Shown here: positions 12,698-26,739 of the stretch, one piece after another | Layout of the letters: each line of letters begins with the position of its first letter | Numbering within the stretch: the stretch's first letter is position 1 | Assembly (NCBI GenBank): GCA_965153455.1 | Contig: OZ234493.1 | Location: forward strand, 558,001 to 622,000 | Direction: 5' to 3' | Length of the DNA: 64,000 nt | Source of the DNA: Sphagnum compactum | Lineage: Eukaryota | Made by a program: the position numbers and the translations under genes | The notes under the pieces: generated by a model | The model's database searches: none | Told to the model about the DNA's origin: nothing | Seen by the model: the letters and a program-made list of their open reading frames with translations, nothing else

Positions 12698-14536
12698 ATG
12701 GCGACTAGGGTTTTGGCTAGCAAGCTGCGGAATACAGGGCGACTATGGAGAGCAGGGGAAGAAGCAGCAGGATTGCGACAAAGCCATGCTCTGGCTGTGG
12801 CCGATGAGAGGTTCCAGCGGTATAACTCGCCGGTGCCCAGCACGGTGGATCACACCGCGGTGCTGGGAAGGCCAGAAACCAAGGTGACAACTCTGGCTAA
12901 TGGACTGCGTGTGGCAAGCGAGTCGGACCTGTCGGCGGCGACGGCCACGGTTGGAGTGTGGATTGATGCCGGCAGCCGCTTTGAGACCGCCAGCACCAAT
13001 GGCACTGCTCACTTCCTGGAGCACATGATCTTCAAGGGGACCAAGAGACGGAGCATGCGGCAGCTGGAGGAGGAGGTAGAGAACATGGGCGGACATCTGA
13101 ACGCCTACACCTCCCGGGAGCAGACCACTTACTATGCTAAGGTCATGAAGAAGGATCTGCCGGTGGCTGTGGACATTCTGGCCGACATTCTGCAGAACTC
13201 TCGTTTCGATGAGGACCGGATAACTCGGGAGCGGCAAGTGATCCTGCGGGAGATGGAAGAAGTGGAGAGTCAGGTTGAGGAGGTGATGTTCGACCATCTC
13301 CATGCCACGGCGTTTCAGCATAGTTCACTAGGGCGCAGCATTCTAGGGCCTGCTGCGAACATCCGTTCCATCACCAAGGCTAACTTGAAGGATTACATCA
13401 CCACTCACTACACAGCCCCACGAATGGTAATTCCATGAATTCCAGCTGCCATTGTTGTCGACTTTGCGGTTGCCACAAACCTCCGTGAGCTCCCTTATTG
13501 TGGAAGGTTTAGGGTTCAGGGTTGTAGGTAGGTGCTGTGTTGCACAGACCAAAGCATGGGAAGCAGCACAATTTTAGGGTTCAAACAAGAACTCTGTTCA
13601 ATTTGCAAATTCTTCTTATTTAGGAGAGCAATTGTTTTCTGATTTTGAAATCTGAGTTTCACTGTTGTTGAGATTACGCAAGCCAGAGTGTGGGTTGAAT
13701 TTGGGAGTTTCTAGTCTGACAAGAAATTGGAGGGTTTTGTAGGACTCTGAGTGGTTTTTTTTGGCCAACATTTTCAGGTTATTGCTGCAGCTGGTGCTGT
13801 GCAGCATGAGGATTTGGTATCACTTGCAGAAAAGTCATTTCAGTCCCTCTCAACAAACCCAACCACTGCAGGCCAGCTTGTACAACAGGAGCCAGCTGTT
13901 TTTACAGGATCAGAAGTTCGCATTCAGGATGATGATCAAACCTTGACCCACTTGGCAGTAGCTCTCAAGGGTGCAGCATGGACTGACCCAGATTCTATAG
14001 CTTTGATGGTCATGCAGACAATGCTAGGTGCATGGAACAAGAATGCTGTAGTTGGCAAACATGCAGGGTCAGAGATGGCTCAAAAGATTGGAGCAAATAA
14101 CTTGGCAGAGAGTGTCATGGCATTTAACACAAACTACGCTGATGCTGGACTCTTTGGTGTCTATGCGGTTGCAAAGCCAGATACTTTGGATGATTTATCA
14201 TACTGCATCATGCATGAAATGACAAGTTTGATTTACAGAGCTGCTCCAGATGATGTGGCTCGTGCCCGTAATCAGCTGAAATCTTACTTGCTGCTTCACA
14301 TGGATGGGACAAGTGCTGTTGCAGAAGACATTGGGCGACAGATATTGACATATGGGCGTCGATTACCACTGGCTGAGCTCTTTGCACGCATTGATGCTGT
14401 TGATGTGGATACAGTCAAACGAGTTGGAACTCGTTTCATAGCTGATCAAGAGGTTGCCATTGCAGCCATAGGGCCTACACAGAATCTTCCTGACTACAAC
14501 TGGTTTCGGCGCCACACTTACTGGAACCGTTACTGA
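12698..14536 (+). CDS. MPPB: Mitochondrial processing peptidase beta subunit (M16 family); exons 12698-13426, 13778-14536 (~495 aa)
   Basis: Arg-rich presequence; [13 protein letters not shown]; inverted zinc motif [15 protein letters not shown]-terminal [14 protein letters not shown]...YWNRY; phase-0 intron ATG|GTAATT...TTCAG|GTT. Confidence 0.96.
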
Positions 14537-16058
14537 AAAGGGAAATGAAGCAAGTGAAGTTTTGGAGTGCATGTATTTTTGAGATCCAGCTGGTTCGTGC
14601 AAATTGTTCATGTAATGCTGAGGTAATATGCTGCTGTGTTGATCAGTTGAGTGCATAGGACTGATGGCCACCCTGCCAGTGGTTGCGGGTCTAGGTCGTG
14701 CTTTAACCATGGTAGCCAACTACTGATAATGGGATCAGTGTGTACACTGATAATACCCAAAATATGAAACCTAACTAATTCAAAGAAGAACCAGCAAACC
14801 GAATTTTTCCTGTTGCAAAGGTTTGAATTCTGTCTATCACACGAGTTTGGTTTCTTCATCCACACTTGTTTTCTTGTAGATTGGAAATGTTGAAGATTCA
14901 AATGCCCTTGAACAGTGATCACTCAAGAAAGACATTGTGGTTCACCGTCAGCAATACTGTTTTGCAAATTGTCACACATGAAAAGGTTTTGGTGTAAGAT
15001 TTGACTGTGATCCTTCAAGACTTGTATGGCACAGCTATTGAAATGCAATGCTTGTGGGGATCTTTCAAGAAATGTGTTATCTGAGATTTTGCTGACACAC
15101 AAGGTCAAGGTACATCATTGTTGGGGGGCTTGTTACTTGTTATGTTGTGGAGATTTCCCTTGAAGTGTGTGCTTACTGTTGTGGAATGGCGGAATGACAC
15201 AAGGATGTCAATTCATGTATAATTGTCCGTCCTGATTTTCGTATAGTTGTTTGCCCCAAGTGTTGAACAGATTGTTATATACAAGTATCAACCCATTGTT
15301 TGGGAGCTGATAGTGTCAGTCTGGCAAGCTAGTCATTGTTGTCATTCTGGATGAAGGAGACAGTCATATACTTCGTGAGTGACTCTGGAGATAGTCCGAT
15401 ACAATTGTGAGTGACACCATTAAGATTATTGACATGGTCATTCTTGCTCTAAACAGAAACCACGGGTTAGCTTTAGTGGGGATTTTTTCAGCCAGAGTGA
15501 ACCATGAGCCACTGGTGCACCACCCGACCCTTCATTGGAAGCCTGTTACAACTCAGTTGTCTTATTCGAGTAAGTTTGCTGCAATATGAGAGACTCATTC
15601 TTTCAAGTCTGTGTCTAGGTAAGATCATGGTACCATTAACTGTTGCTGCTGTTGGCCATCTGCCCTGCAGCGTTGAGATCTTGTCCAGAGAATAGAGTAC
15701 ACTTTTTATATTTTCCATCCTGTCCTTCATTACATATCATCAAGCAAGAGGATTTGTAGACAAAATGTAAGCATGCACAATTTCCCTACACTATTTGCAT
15801 TCTATTTCTACAGATTAGACTGAGAGAACCAACATCTTTTGTAAGTCTCATGAGGTTCACAAATTTGTTTGTTTGATCCACACTATGACAGACTCTGTTG
15901 TGTCCTCAGATGCTAGAGAACTTAGAATCTCTCAAGAATTCCACTTGAGCTGAAGCTCTTCCCACACATGGCAGGAAATTAATCCATTGAGAAGAAGAGG
16001 AGGAAGATGAGGCAGAAATTTGTGTCCAAGAGAAAAAACCTGAGGTGCTTGCTTCTTT

Positions 16059-17518
16059 CTAGATACGAGGAAGAAAATCAACGTCTGCAGTGTTTGAGTT
16101 TCGAACCCAACAGTGCTGGCGAATCTGGCCTTGCGTTCCAGTGAGCACATTGATCTTGCCCATCTTCCTGAGTGAAACACCAAACTGTTGGAAGAAGAGC
16201 TCTTGATTCTGAGCAAACAGTTCGACAAGTGGCATTGTACGTGGGTCAGTGTACAGAAACTGGTCAGATGTGAAGAGTCCCACACCAGCAATAAGTCCCT
16301 TGTAGTAGCCATTGTCGAAGATGAAGGTGCTGTTCACATCCATGTCAATTGTTACCACGTTATTGTCAAAGGTGCCATCAGGAGTTTGGCATACAGTCTT
16401 CATTTGGTTCAAGAAATATGGTGGGTATATGGGGTAGATCGGTGGAGATTGGAGTCTGTCCTGAATGGAGTCACAGTGACCTTGGCCAATTGTGTGTGCA
16501 CCTGATCAAACCAGAAGAAGAGAAATGGATCATGTTAGAAATCCCCCTTGCGTGCATTGCTGCCATCATGGGCATCCATAGAGACGATGCTATTGTGTTT
16601 GAAGATGTACCAACCATTGATCCTTTTACAGTTGCTGACCATCAGTGAATTCAGAGGAAAAGGAGAGATTCATGATGACAAACCTGAAAGCGCAACTAGA
16701 TCAACAATGTCGAGTCCAGCATTGTTGAAGCTGTCCAAAAGGCCTGAAACATTGAGATAGAAACCAGGCAAATGAGTCTGTGCATTGTCCTGGTACGAAC
16801 TCAATCCGTCCCTGCGTCCCAGCTCTATCTGATACTCTGGTCCTTGCGTCTGTGAAGAAGGAACACATCAAATGCACAGCATTAGTGACTGGATCTCTCA
16901 ATCTTGAAACACAGGAGTGCTACTGCTGCTGCTGTGCTGAAGTGAGTGCTCTCGCATGTTGACAAGATCTATCTCGTGGATCAGGGAAGCTAAAGAATAA
17001 CGAACCGCAGCGATGGCAGACACAGCGGCCATGGCAAGTATGTCCGCACAGGAGACAACCCCAGGACATACACTCTCGAGCTCCTGTTTGATCAAATCTA
17101 CGAAGGAGAACTTATTGAAGCGGTCGTTCTTTTGGAAATCCTTCTCGGCATATAGAGGTGAATTCGTGTAGAGCAAAGTGGAGTTGAGAAGCAACGAAGC
17201 ATCGCAACCTTGCACAATGCAATCGTGGAAGAACATTCGTAGTAACTGCGGAGCGACAGTGAAGTCGTAACTCGTCGCGTTCATTACCATGGTGGACACA
17301 ATGGCTGGCGCTTCTGGACACGATGTCGCATAGAAATCGAACTGCAAGGGAGGTGAGAGGTACGTCGTATCGATGTTGAGTGCTGATATTGTTGAGGATG
17401 GCGCAGGCGAGCCGATGGACTGCGATTGCGCATCACTTCCTGCAAGAACTATCAGGAACAAGACAGCCAGCAGCCAGGCTTGCCAAAAACTCCTCATCTC
17501 GATTGCAAACTCTGTCAT
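16059..17518 (-). CDS. Class III secretory peroxidase; exons 17518-17006, 16849-16684, 16501-16059
   Basis: Signal peptide; FYATSCP; distal RMFFHDC..QGCDASLLL; CPGVVSCADILA; LGRRDG; VALSG|AHTIG proximal His; FDNGYY, SDQ, KMGKINVLTG..GQIR..C. Confidence 0.95.
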
Positions 17519-19891
17519 TCGAGGATATCTACAGATTGATCAATCGGATTCCTCCCACAAAATTTCTTCTGCGATCATGGCCTTACGTCGCTCCTGCTGA
17601 GTTCTTAGTTTCCATCCTTACTGCATCTTTTGCCGCCTGTCTGTATGTCCACCTGCAGCAACTGCTGCAATTGATTCAACGAAGAAAACTTGTACAATCA
17701 GTGAATCCCCCTGAGACAAAGAAAGAAACAATCATCGCAAACGCGACCACAACTGCTGCAGCACCATGGTGGCATCATTCTTCATGATCCTCCAAAATTC
17801 CTCACTTGCAGTAGGAAAAAAAACTCGGTCTGGCATTGAAGTATAAGTACTTGACTCATGCTACAGACACAAAAAAATCCACACGAATGAATGCAACACC
17901 AAAGATGCACTAGCACTTTGCAGCAGCTTGATGGCGGTGAAGATGCGGTGAAAGAGTCGTATGTATACAGTACCTGGACAATATTTGAGATGATCCGTGT
18001 GTGTGTTACAAGTGAAAGTGACATGATCGAGTGATTTCTTATTCATTGAAAGCTCTTCGCATTCGTGAGAGGTTTGCAACTTGCAGTAGCCTGGAACATA
18101 CTTTCTTCCCTCAAGAGTTGCAGAGCAAATCCGCGAAACATGGGAGCTCCGAGTCGTCGGAGCGCTGCTGCAGTGCTCTGCTGCAATCGGGAGGGTGGTC
18201 CCGCCGCTTGCGCTGGATGCGGAAGTCCCCGAAACTACAAACACCGCGGAAACCCTCAACCAAATTTTCAGCCCGTGACAGGACACAAAACCTAATACCG
18301 GGGTATTTGGGCGGCTTAGGCGGCTCTCTGACGAAAAATTAATTTAATCCAGAATTTTAGATTCGGCAATTACTTTTTTAATTCTGAAAATTTTGGCAAA
18401 TGTGTAATATATTTAATAAAATTATTTGTTATTTATAAGATATTTTGCTGTGTTATTGCTCAGACATAAAGTAAATGAGTATGTCATGCAGGTCCTTGGG
18501 TCAAAACTGGTTGCCTTGTTGCTTGCTTGTTTTTGGTGGGAATCCATTATATGAATTGTGAAGGGAAAGTCTTTAATGGACTTACTTGATTTTTTATGGT
18601 GCAATGGTATCCAATGTTTGAGTTGTATTAATTGAGTTGTTTCTTGTGTAGGGTCTCTTTGATGTTCTTTGTTCCCCCAAGGATTAATTTATGAACACTT
18701 CTGAATTTGTGCATAAAGCCTCCAATTCCCAATTCCCTCATTGTTTTTGAATGTTACCTTGGATGCCTAGTACCGAACACAAAATTGCACATAAGTAAGC
18801 AGTAATGTGTGATCCAAAATGCTCACATTTTAAAGGTGGCATTCCTACCACTTAGTCCTGAAGTAAATTATCCAAAGGCAATAAAAATTTTAAAAATTTC
18901 AGAAAAGAATTTTTTTGGAAGATTTGGTCATGGGTGTCCATTTGAACAGAAACCAACAGAAACCACCCTTAAAACACACTAAATAGATGTTCAATCAAAA
19001 GCACCCAATCAGTGATGGGCTGGTTTACCCTATCCATTGTTTTATTTGCTGGACAAATTTTGTCATTTTTCTGAAAAAAATAATGAGAAAGTTTTTAAAC
19101 TTTTTTTCCTATTGTAAACTGGACTAATTTTGCTAAAAATTAGGGAAAGTTTTTGATAAATTTTCTAAACAAAAAATTGAAATTTGTTTTTAAACAGTAA
19201 AAAAACCCATGCTTTTACATCCATGAATACCTCCTTTACATGCCCTTCTACCTGTGCCACCAGAATCAAAATAATGGCTAACAAATTCTGTACAATTTGC
19301 AAAATGGCAAAGGAGAAATAGAGATGAAATCTATGCTAAAAGGACCACCCTCACAGCACAGGCCCAATTGGAATCTACACCTTCTGGTGGTCAGATCTCA
19401 ACCCACTAGAGCACTTTCAAATGCTTTCATGACTTGATCCTACAGAAACAGCGCTAATTGCAAACAACCAGAAGGAAAAATATTTCCAGTTGCAACTCTC
19501 CAATTGATTGACCAGCAATGGTCATTTGGAACTCTGAATATCTTGAGCCATACCGTCCCAGTATTTTCTTTATTTCTAAGGCACACACGAGGGTACCAGC
19601 CTTTTGTAACACCACCCTTGTTGGCCTTCAGAGAGCCAAAATGTTTTTTTTTTCCCCCACACTTTATATGGAGGCTCTACACCACACTGACTCAGTGAAA
19701 GAGTAATTTGTAACCCAAAACTTCTGTGATCCAATTTGATCAACCTGGTGTCCATCTCCTTTCTGGAGTCCAGACAGATCACTAGTTTCTTCATAACCTT
19801 AGTGAAGCATTTGTGCTTGCATCTCCACAAATGGGAAGTGCATCTCCTAAATGGCATCCATGGAGCGTGACAATTTTCATGCCACTGTTTT

Positions 19892-22800
19892 TTAACCTCC
19901 ACCTGCTGCCAACTGAACTCCTGTCCATCGCCATACCTTGACTGTCCCACGACTATCTCCAGAAAATACTAGACCGCCTGGTCCAACTTGCAGAGCTCTT
20001 ACTTCCTCCCTTGAAAAGAGCTGCCCTCTTTCTGAAAACCTGGAAGCAGAAATTTGAAAATGGGTCATTGCAAAGTTGAGTATAACTGCCTGCAATCGAA
20101 TGAAGGACAAGACAGACAGACTCTTCTCTATGCTCAATACTTGGGAAGCTCACCCCACCCGCCTCCCAAAAAAGAATTTTGAGGACCAGTTTAAAGGATT
20201 GTGTGCTGAAATTCATACGTGGGAAGGTCATAGAGGCGAACAATGTTGTCATTGTATGAAACAAGCAGGACTGGTTTCCCCGCTCCATCATTGCATCCAC
20301 ACATTTTTAGTGCACCCTGTGATAGTAAAAGATTGAGCCATGAGTTACATCAGCAACCAGGGAAGAAATAATTGTTGCTCTTGGCCTCTACCTTCTTCCA
20401 AGGCATTCACTGAGAATAAAAAGAGTGAAAAAACTGTTCCATGGGTCCCAACCCTGGATGCTATGCCACTGTAGCTTACATTGCGAGGTTCAGCTTGACC
20501 TTCGTCTTCAGGATGTGTGAAAGTTGTCTCTAATTGACCAGCTGCATTTGCTGCCCACACCTGTAATTTGAGCAGAATTTCCATGTCAAATCAAAGACAG
20601 AAGAACAGCCAGCACAATCGATAAACTTCTGATTTCACCAACATTTTGTAATGCAGAGAAGGAATTGAGTTCATGTCTCTTGGACTTACTCTGATGGTAC
20701 CATCAAGAGAGCAAGACAGGAGGAATTGTTCCCAGCACAGGAGGTCCATCACAACATCTGAGTGTCCCTCTAGAGTTTGAATGCACAGGCCATGTATGAC
20801 ATCCCATATCTGCCATTCACAGACAAACCAATTTTAATGATAAAGTCTGGGGAAGTATGCAGATTTTCAAAGAAGAAGATGACCCCTTCTCCTTTGCTTC
20901 TAATGCCTGGAGGACTCTTTTGGAATACTTCATGGAGACTGCCGATGCCTGTAACCTTGTAAAATGAGAAGAACACTGTTAACGACAGGCATTGACTCTC
21001 AAAGAATGAGGGTGTGAGTGCTGATGCAACAAACCCGGATTGATTTGTCCGTGGAACCTGAGTAGAGGCGATTCCCAATAAATAGAAGTGTAATAACAGG
21101 GCCACTGTGGCCTGACAATGATGCTGCTGGTTCAAATGAGTTGTTGATGGCATTGAACTTCCACTCCAATATAGTTCCATCCTGAATGGAACAAGCAGTA
21201 AAGATAAGACATTGATTTTACTCATTTTTGAATGGTCTGCAAGATGATATGTTTGAGTCTTGTAGAATTTAGATGCACATAATAACCAAGTTATACATCA
21301 AAGAATGCACAAAGATCTGCAGAGATGACTACAAAATATACCTGAGTGCCTGCAAAAAGCAGACCATCTTCACTAACAGCCAAGGCATGTACTTGTCCCT
21401 TTGGCCCACTCAAACTCTGTTGTGCAGATGTCTGCATGTTCCATGTCTGCAACCCTGGCACCCAAATGAGACACAAAGAACATACAATGTACACAAATTC
21501 CTAGTATACATTCTCTAGGAATCCTGAAATGTGTAAAATAAAAGTGAGGATAATTTCAATGCTCTGTTATGCAAAAAACATTTGTAAAATCTCCACAAAG
21601 GAAGAGTCAATAAAATTTAAAGAATGAGGATATACCTGAACCTCATTGGGCAGACCTATGAAAAGCCATCCTGGTGCACTTAGCAACGCACCCACATCCC
21701 CTCCCATTTGTACCACATTTGCACACTGAAGCCACCAAAGAGACAACATGGGAGTCAATTAAATCATGACATGTCACTCTCTTTCTCCCTCTAGTTCGAA
21801 ATAGAGAGGAGAATTGTAACAAAGCATTGAATTGCATCACAATGACAACACACAGCAACAAATTGCATAAAAAGGTGCCAAGGGTCAATGTGTCTAGAAC
21901 TGCATAAGAGATGGGGTCAAGTTTTGACCCCGAAATCCACAAAAAAATATGCCCTTTGGGACTGCCCACTGGAGTGAATTTCCGGACTAGAGTAGAGTCT
22001 AAATCATTGAGAAAATTCAAAACTCCATCTTTCAAACCTACAAGTTTGATCTGGGAAGTATGAGAGCTCCTGGAAAGCACTACAAAACAGAACTGCTGCT
22101 TCATTGCCTCAACAACCACAGCAGTACTGTTGGGTACTCAAACAGATGAGTGGATCTGGAATACCTTCAATGCACAAAGACAGTTCACATACCAAAACAC
22201 ACATTCATACAGCTAACAAGACAAGGAATGACTTGCCTGGCCTGTTGTGCAGTCCCATACACGAACTGATTCATCTTGGCTACCTGTGTAAAGCTGGGAA
22301 GCTCCTTGTGGCATCTCTATTGCCCTAATTGCCTGTAACGGTGCAATCGAAATGCATTCAATGACTATCCACACTCATAACCAAACAACATCAATAGCCA
22401 TCGGAAAGGGCCAAAGCATCAGTATCCTGCTTAGGGTTGCAACATATCGCCTGCCAAATGCAATCTAGGGAATACACCTATCTCTTGCCTGGAGAAAAAA
22501 TGCTACCTTTTCGTGGCCGATTAGCTGGGTCATCATCTCAACATCCGGAGCAGTTGTATGTGCATGCAAATATATGCAATCATCACCCCGGTTACAGTTT
22601 CCCTTCAGCCAAAAATTGCAGGGCTTTGCCTTTGTGCTGCGCTGAGGCCCTGTGCTTCCATCACTGTGACCCCTATCTCTCTGGCCTGGTCTGCTAATCG
22701 CATTTCGCGGCCGCCCCCATCTTGCTGATACATTCCTGGATCTCCCTTGACTACTCCCAGTTGAGAATCCTCCTCCACCGCTGCCACCACCAACAGTTCC

Positions 22801-23061
22801 CCAGCCCCCTCTATTTTCACTCCGATTATCAATCACATTGATTGTTCTCCTCCCATTCCCCAGAGAAGCTCCTCTTCCAGTTGTGCCTGCATTTCCAGGA
22901 TGCAGCCACTGGCACTCATCTCCCTTCAAACACCTCCCTTCTTGCCAATACCTACAAATCTGCTGATTATGGCTCCTGCTTCCTGTGTTCCCTGACCTTT
23001 GATAGTTTCTTTTGCTGCCAACCCTTGCTGGTCCATCATCCACCTCCATTCCTGCCATCAT
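19892..23061 (-). CDS. CCCH zinc finger + WD40 repeat protein (ZFWD family); exons 23061-22507, 22332-22237, 21725-21636, 21446-21342, 21181-21035, 20809-20690, 20560-20480, 20316-20219, 20039-19892
   Basis: Two CCCH fingers (CRYWQEGRCLKGDECQWLH, CNFWLKGNCNRGDDCIYLH) followed by WD40 blades (LYTGSQDESVRVWD, LYSGSTDKSIR|IWD, LLSCSLDGTIR|VW, FSGDSRGTVKVW); all junctions in phase. Confidence 0.92.
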
Positions 23062-23765
23062 CTTGAGACAAAAAAACAGTCTGCCCCAAACTCTTTTATA
23101 TTTTGTGGATGAGGCTCCCTCCACTCCTTCCCCCACCCTTCTTCTCCTTCTCCTTCTCCTTCTTCTTGAAAGAAAACAGTGGCAGGTTGATAGTAGGTCT
23201 AGAAATAAATGTGCCTGGAGCAATGGTATCAACACAGTTGCATTTGCTTATAAGAGAAAACCACCAAAGAAGGAAATGAGAAACTCCATCAACATCCCTC
23301 AAACAAATTCAAGCCAATTTTTCTTTCACTGCAACTTCCACAAACCCTAGTTTTTTTCTTTTCTTTTCCGTTGTGATCAGATATTGCCTTTCCTCCTTGC
23401 CCACTCTGCTAGGGTTTGGAGATCTAGGGAACAAGGCTTGGATCACTCTTTGTTGCCAAAGAGAATGACATAGAACCCTCCAAACACAAAAACCCACTTT
23501 CTTTCTTTCTTTCTTTCTTTTGCAGACAAAGGGACGGAAGAAGCTTTGGCACAAATACCAACAACAACAACGAAAAACAAAAAACACACTACTTACTCCT
23601 GATCAAAGCTTTCCAAAACAAAAACCCAAATAGGGTATGAAATTTTCAGCAGCAAAAACAACGAAAAGAACTTCCACCATGAAGGAAAAAAGTGACCAAC
23701 AACAACAGCCGCGACCTTACCTCTGAAATGGCCAGTTGCTGCTGGTTCCAAGTTGTTGGGACTTG

Positions 23766-23945
23766 TGATGATATACCACTATGACCCAAGAGGGTTGCTT
23801 GGTTGGTTTCCCAAAAAACAAAACCCTCACATGAAAATGGCAAAAGAGAAAGAGTTGATGATATACCACTATGACCCAAGTGGATTGCTTGGTTGGTTTC
23901 CCCAAAAACAAAACCCTCACATGGAAAGGCCAAAAGAGAGGGAGT
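23766..23945. repeat. 90-bp tandem duplication upstream of the ZFWD gene
   Basis: TGATGATATACCACTATGACCCAAG...AAACCCTCACATG at 23766 and 23856. Confidence 0.9.
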
Positions 23946-25540
23946 TCTTAAGAGGAGATTTATGATTATGATGATGATGCTGATGATGATGCTGATGACT
24001 TCCTTGATGATGGAGTGACTTGTGTAGGGTAAGTCCCCAGGATCCGGTTTGGGCAGGCACTAATTTTGGGAATGCTTGCCTTGCTCCAAGGGCATTACCA
24101 AACATAAAGGACCAGCAGAATATTATTATTTTTGAAGGGAAATGTGGCTGGGCATTTCGCTTTTCAAAGCACCCCACCCTCGGCTCAGGAGAAATTCAGC
24201 TCCATGAGGTGGCCTCCAAATACACTAGAATGAATGAATGAATGAATAAATCAATGGATGTCAAAACAATAACAAAGACTTAACTTAGGGAACATCCACT
24301 TACACCTAGTACTCATGTGGGCTTTCAAAGAGCATGTACACCAATGTTTCTTTTACTAGCTAATTTTCACCAATTCCCTAAGTAAAATTGACACCTCCTA
24401 TCTCTAAGCTTGAACAAAACATGAAAAAAATACGACAATTTGCCCAAATATGGTTGAACAAACCATGAATATGCAAGATTAGATTATCATATATAGACAA
24501 GTGTCACCATCCTTCACCCTTCCTTTTAAATGGATGTGGCACATGTCTCCTCCCTAGGATTAGGGTTTGCCAAAAACCCTCATCTCCACCATGAGTTTTT
24601 GCCAAATCTTTTCCCAACTCAAGAAAGGAAGAGCCTTCATTTTCAATGAGATGTTGTTTGGTTTCAGCGGCTCTCCTTCTATACTTTAGCAAGCCGTCAC
24701 CATCGTCATTGTGCCTTGAAGAGGGGTTTAGGGTTTAAGCTTGCTCAATGCTCATTGTTATAGCCTATTTCAAATAAAAAACACGTGCATTGAGGAGGGG
24801 GGGTTGGAATAGGTTGCAAATGAATCTAGAATCAAGATTCATAATAGACCATTCGTTGCCAATGTCAACTTTCAAGTTCAACAAATCACAAATTAATGTC
24901 AACTTTCAATTCTTGAACAACTAGCACATTAATGTTTAGCATTTGTAGTTGAACTGCGCAAGCACTTTAATGCTTGCACAATATAATATGTAGTGCACAC
25001 ATTGCAACATTTGTCTTTGGTAAGTTGGTCCTTTTGATTTCGATGATGGATTCCCGAATCCCAATCCTAGATATGCTAATGTGTACATTACATTTAGCTT
25101 TGAAGTTTGATGTTTGTAATGTTTCTACAATTTCAACTTTAAAGTCTTGTCAAATCTCCTCCACTCATTATTCAAGCCTCATTGATTAACATTGCAATGT
25201 ATTTTGATCTCAAAAGTAAGATTGTAAGTCCACAAGTTTACATAAACTTTACATTTGATAAGCACTTCACCTGTTGCATTTTTGCTTGCTAAGCATCATG
25301 AATTGTTATTGTTTTTCTTGCTTAGTTGATTTGTTGTGAGCCTTGAAGTTTTGGGATTATATCCATCATCGCTCCAATCATTTTCCCAAGAGACAAGTTT
25401 TTTTGTCCAATCATGTCCCTCCTATTCTAGCTTTTGATATGATTTTTAGCCAAAGTGTTACGAATGATGGTGATTGTGTGCTTTTTAATCTAGCTCAAGT
25501 TATAGTAAACCTAGAAATTAGTAGGGGAAAAAAATGTATG

Positions 25541-26739
25541 TGACGCGCTCTCAAGTTCCTTGTAGACCCACTTGAGGGTCCAAGTATGCGGCAATGCGGA
25601 AGGAGTTGGAACTTGGAGCCGCTCCCTAGCTCACAACACTTGGAGGGGTAGAGGGGCATGTTGGAGCTCCGGGATGGGACTAGGAAGAATTGACAAGCTT
25701 ACTCACTCACAAGGCCTTACACGAAACCCTCATGAAGGGGTTAGTGCATAGTTGAAGCACCTTTGGTGCTAGGAAGAGCCACGGGCAACCTTAGACTCAC
25801 TTGATTCACCTCGGCCCGGACTTGGGGAAGCCACCACCTTCCCCCCTTTTATCACATTCGGGAACACCCTTGGGTGTTAGGACAAGCCACGGGCACTTGG
25901 ACTCACTCACCACGGCCCGGACTTGGGAGTAAGTCAGCACCTTACTCCCTTGGGGAAGCCATCACCTTCCCCTTGGGGAAGCCACCACCTTCCCCCTTAT
26001 AGTATACTCTGTAGCTCTCCACGGAGGCTACATCCAAATGGCTATTTTTCCCGGGACTCCCGCGTGGGAGTCCCGAAATCGCGCCAAATGGGACTCCCGC
26101 AACTTTGAAGCCCCATAACTTTGCAAGCAGACCTCAGATCGCAATGCGGTCTGAAGCAAAGTTGTAGCTCTCGTCGAGAGCTTTTCAACGATATGTGGCA
26201 CGCCCCCCTGCAGCTAAGTAAATTGGGTCGATTCCCGACTTTTAGTGGTCAGGAGTCAAACTGGCAATTCGACTCCCGGCCCTTCTTTTGGCCATAACTT
26301 GTGTTTCAAATGTCCGAATGAGCAATGCGAGCCCATTTTAGACATCTACGCTTCAAGAGGTTTTCATTGATATAAAGAGCGTCACGAGCCATTGAGATTT
26401 GGCCCCTCAAATCTCTCTCTGAACTTTCGGGAGTCCCTTTGGGATTCCAACTCTCACCAACTCCCAACGTGGGAGTTCACTTGGGAGTGTGAGGGTTCAT
26501 TCCCTCACACTCTCTGGACTCTTTGCACTCCTTGCACTCCCGGGAGCATGTGATGTGCCTCCCGGGTCTACTACTAGGCCCGCAACCTCACAACCCCCTT
26601 GCCTTGGTCGCAAGCCAAAGGCTAGGGTTGCGACACTCTCCCCCACTAGAAGAAGAGGTCAATGTCCTCATTGACACTTAGAGTTTTCTCTCTCTCACGA
26701 TTGCACTCCCGAGAGCATGCGATGTGACTCCCGGGTCTA
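25541..26739 (-). mobile_element. Gypsy remnant D: 3' LTR (25541-26635), PPT (26636-26647), ~55 bp of 3' internal sequence, then a short fragment of a second LTR copy
   Basis: Termini TGACGCGC...GGGTTGCGACA; PPT complement CTCTCCCCCACT; 26701-26739 repeats LTR sequence at ~26532-26570. Confidence 0.8.

Noticed and set aside
17861..18342. Overlapping ORFs upstream of the peroxidase
   Set aside because: No recognisable domain; more likely 5' UTR or promoter sequence
24480..25540. Possible degenerate transposase fragment
   Set aside because: Looks like decayed coding sequence, but I could not recognise a diagnostic motif
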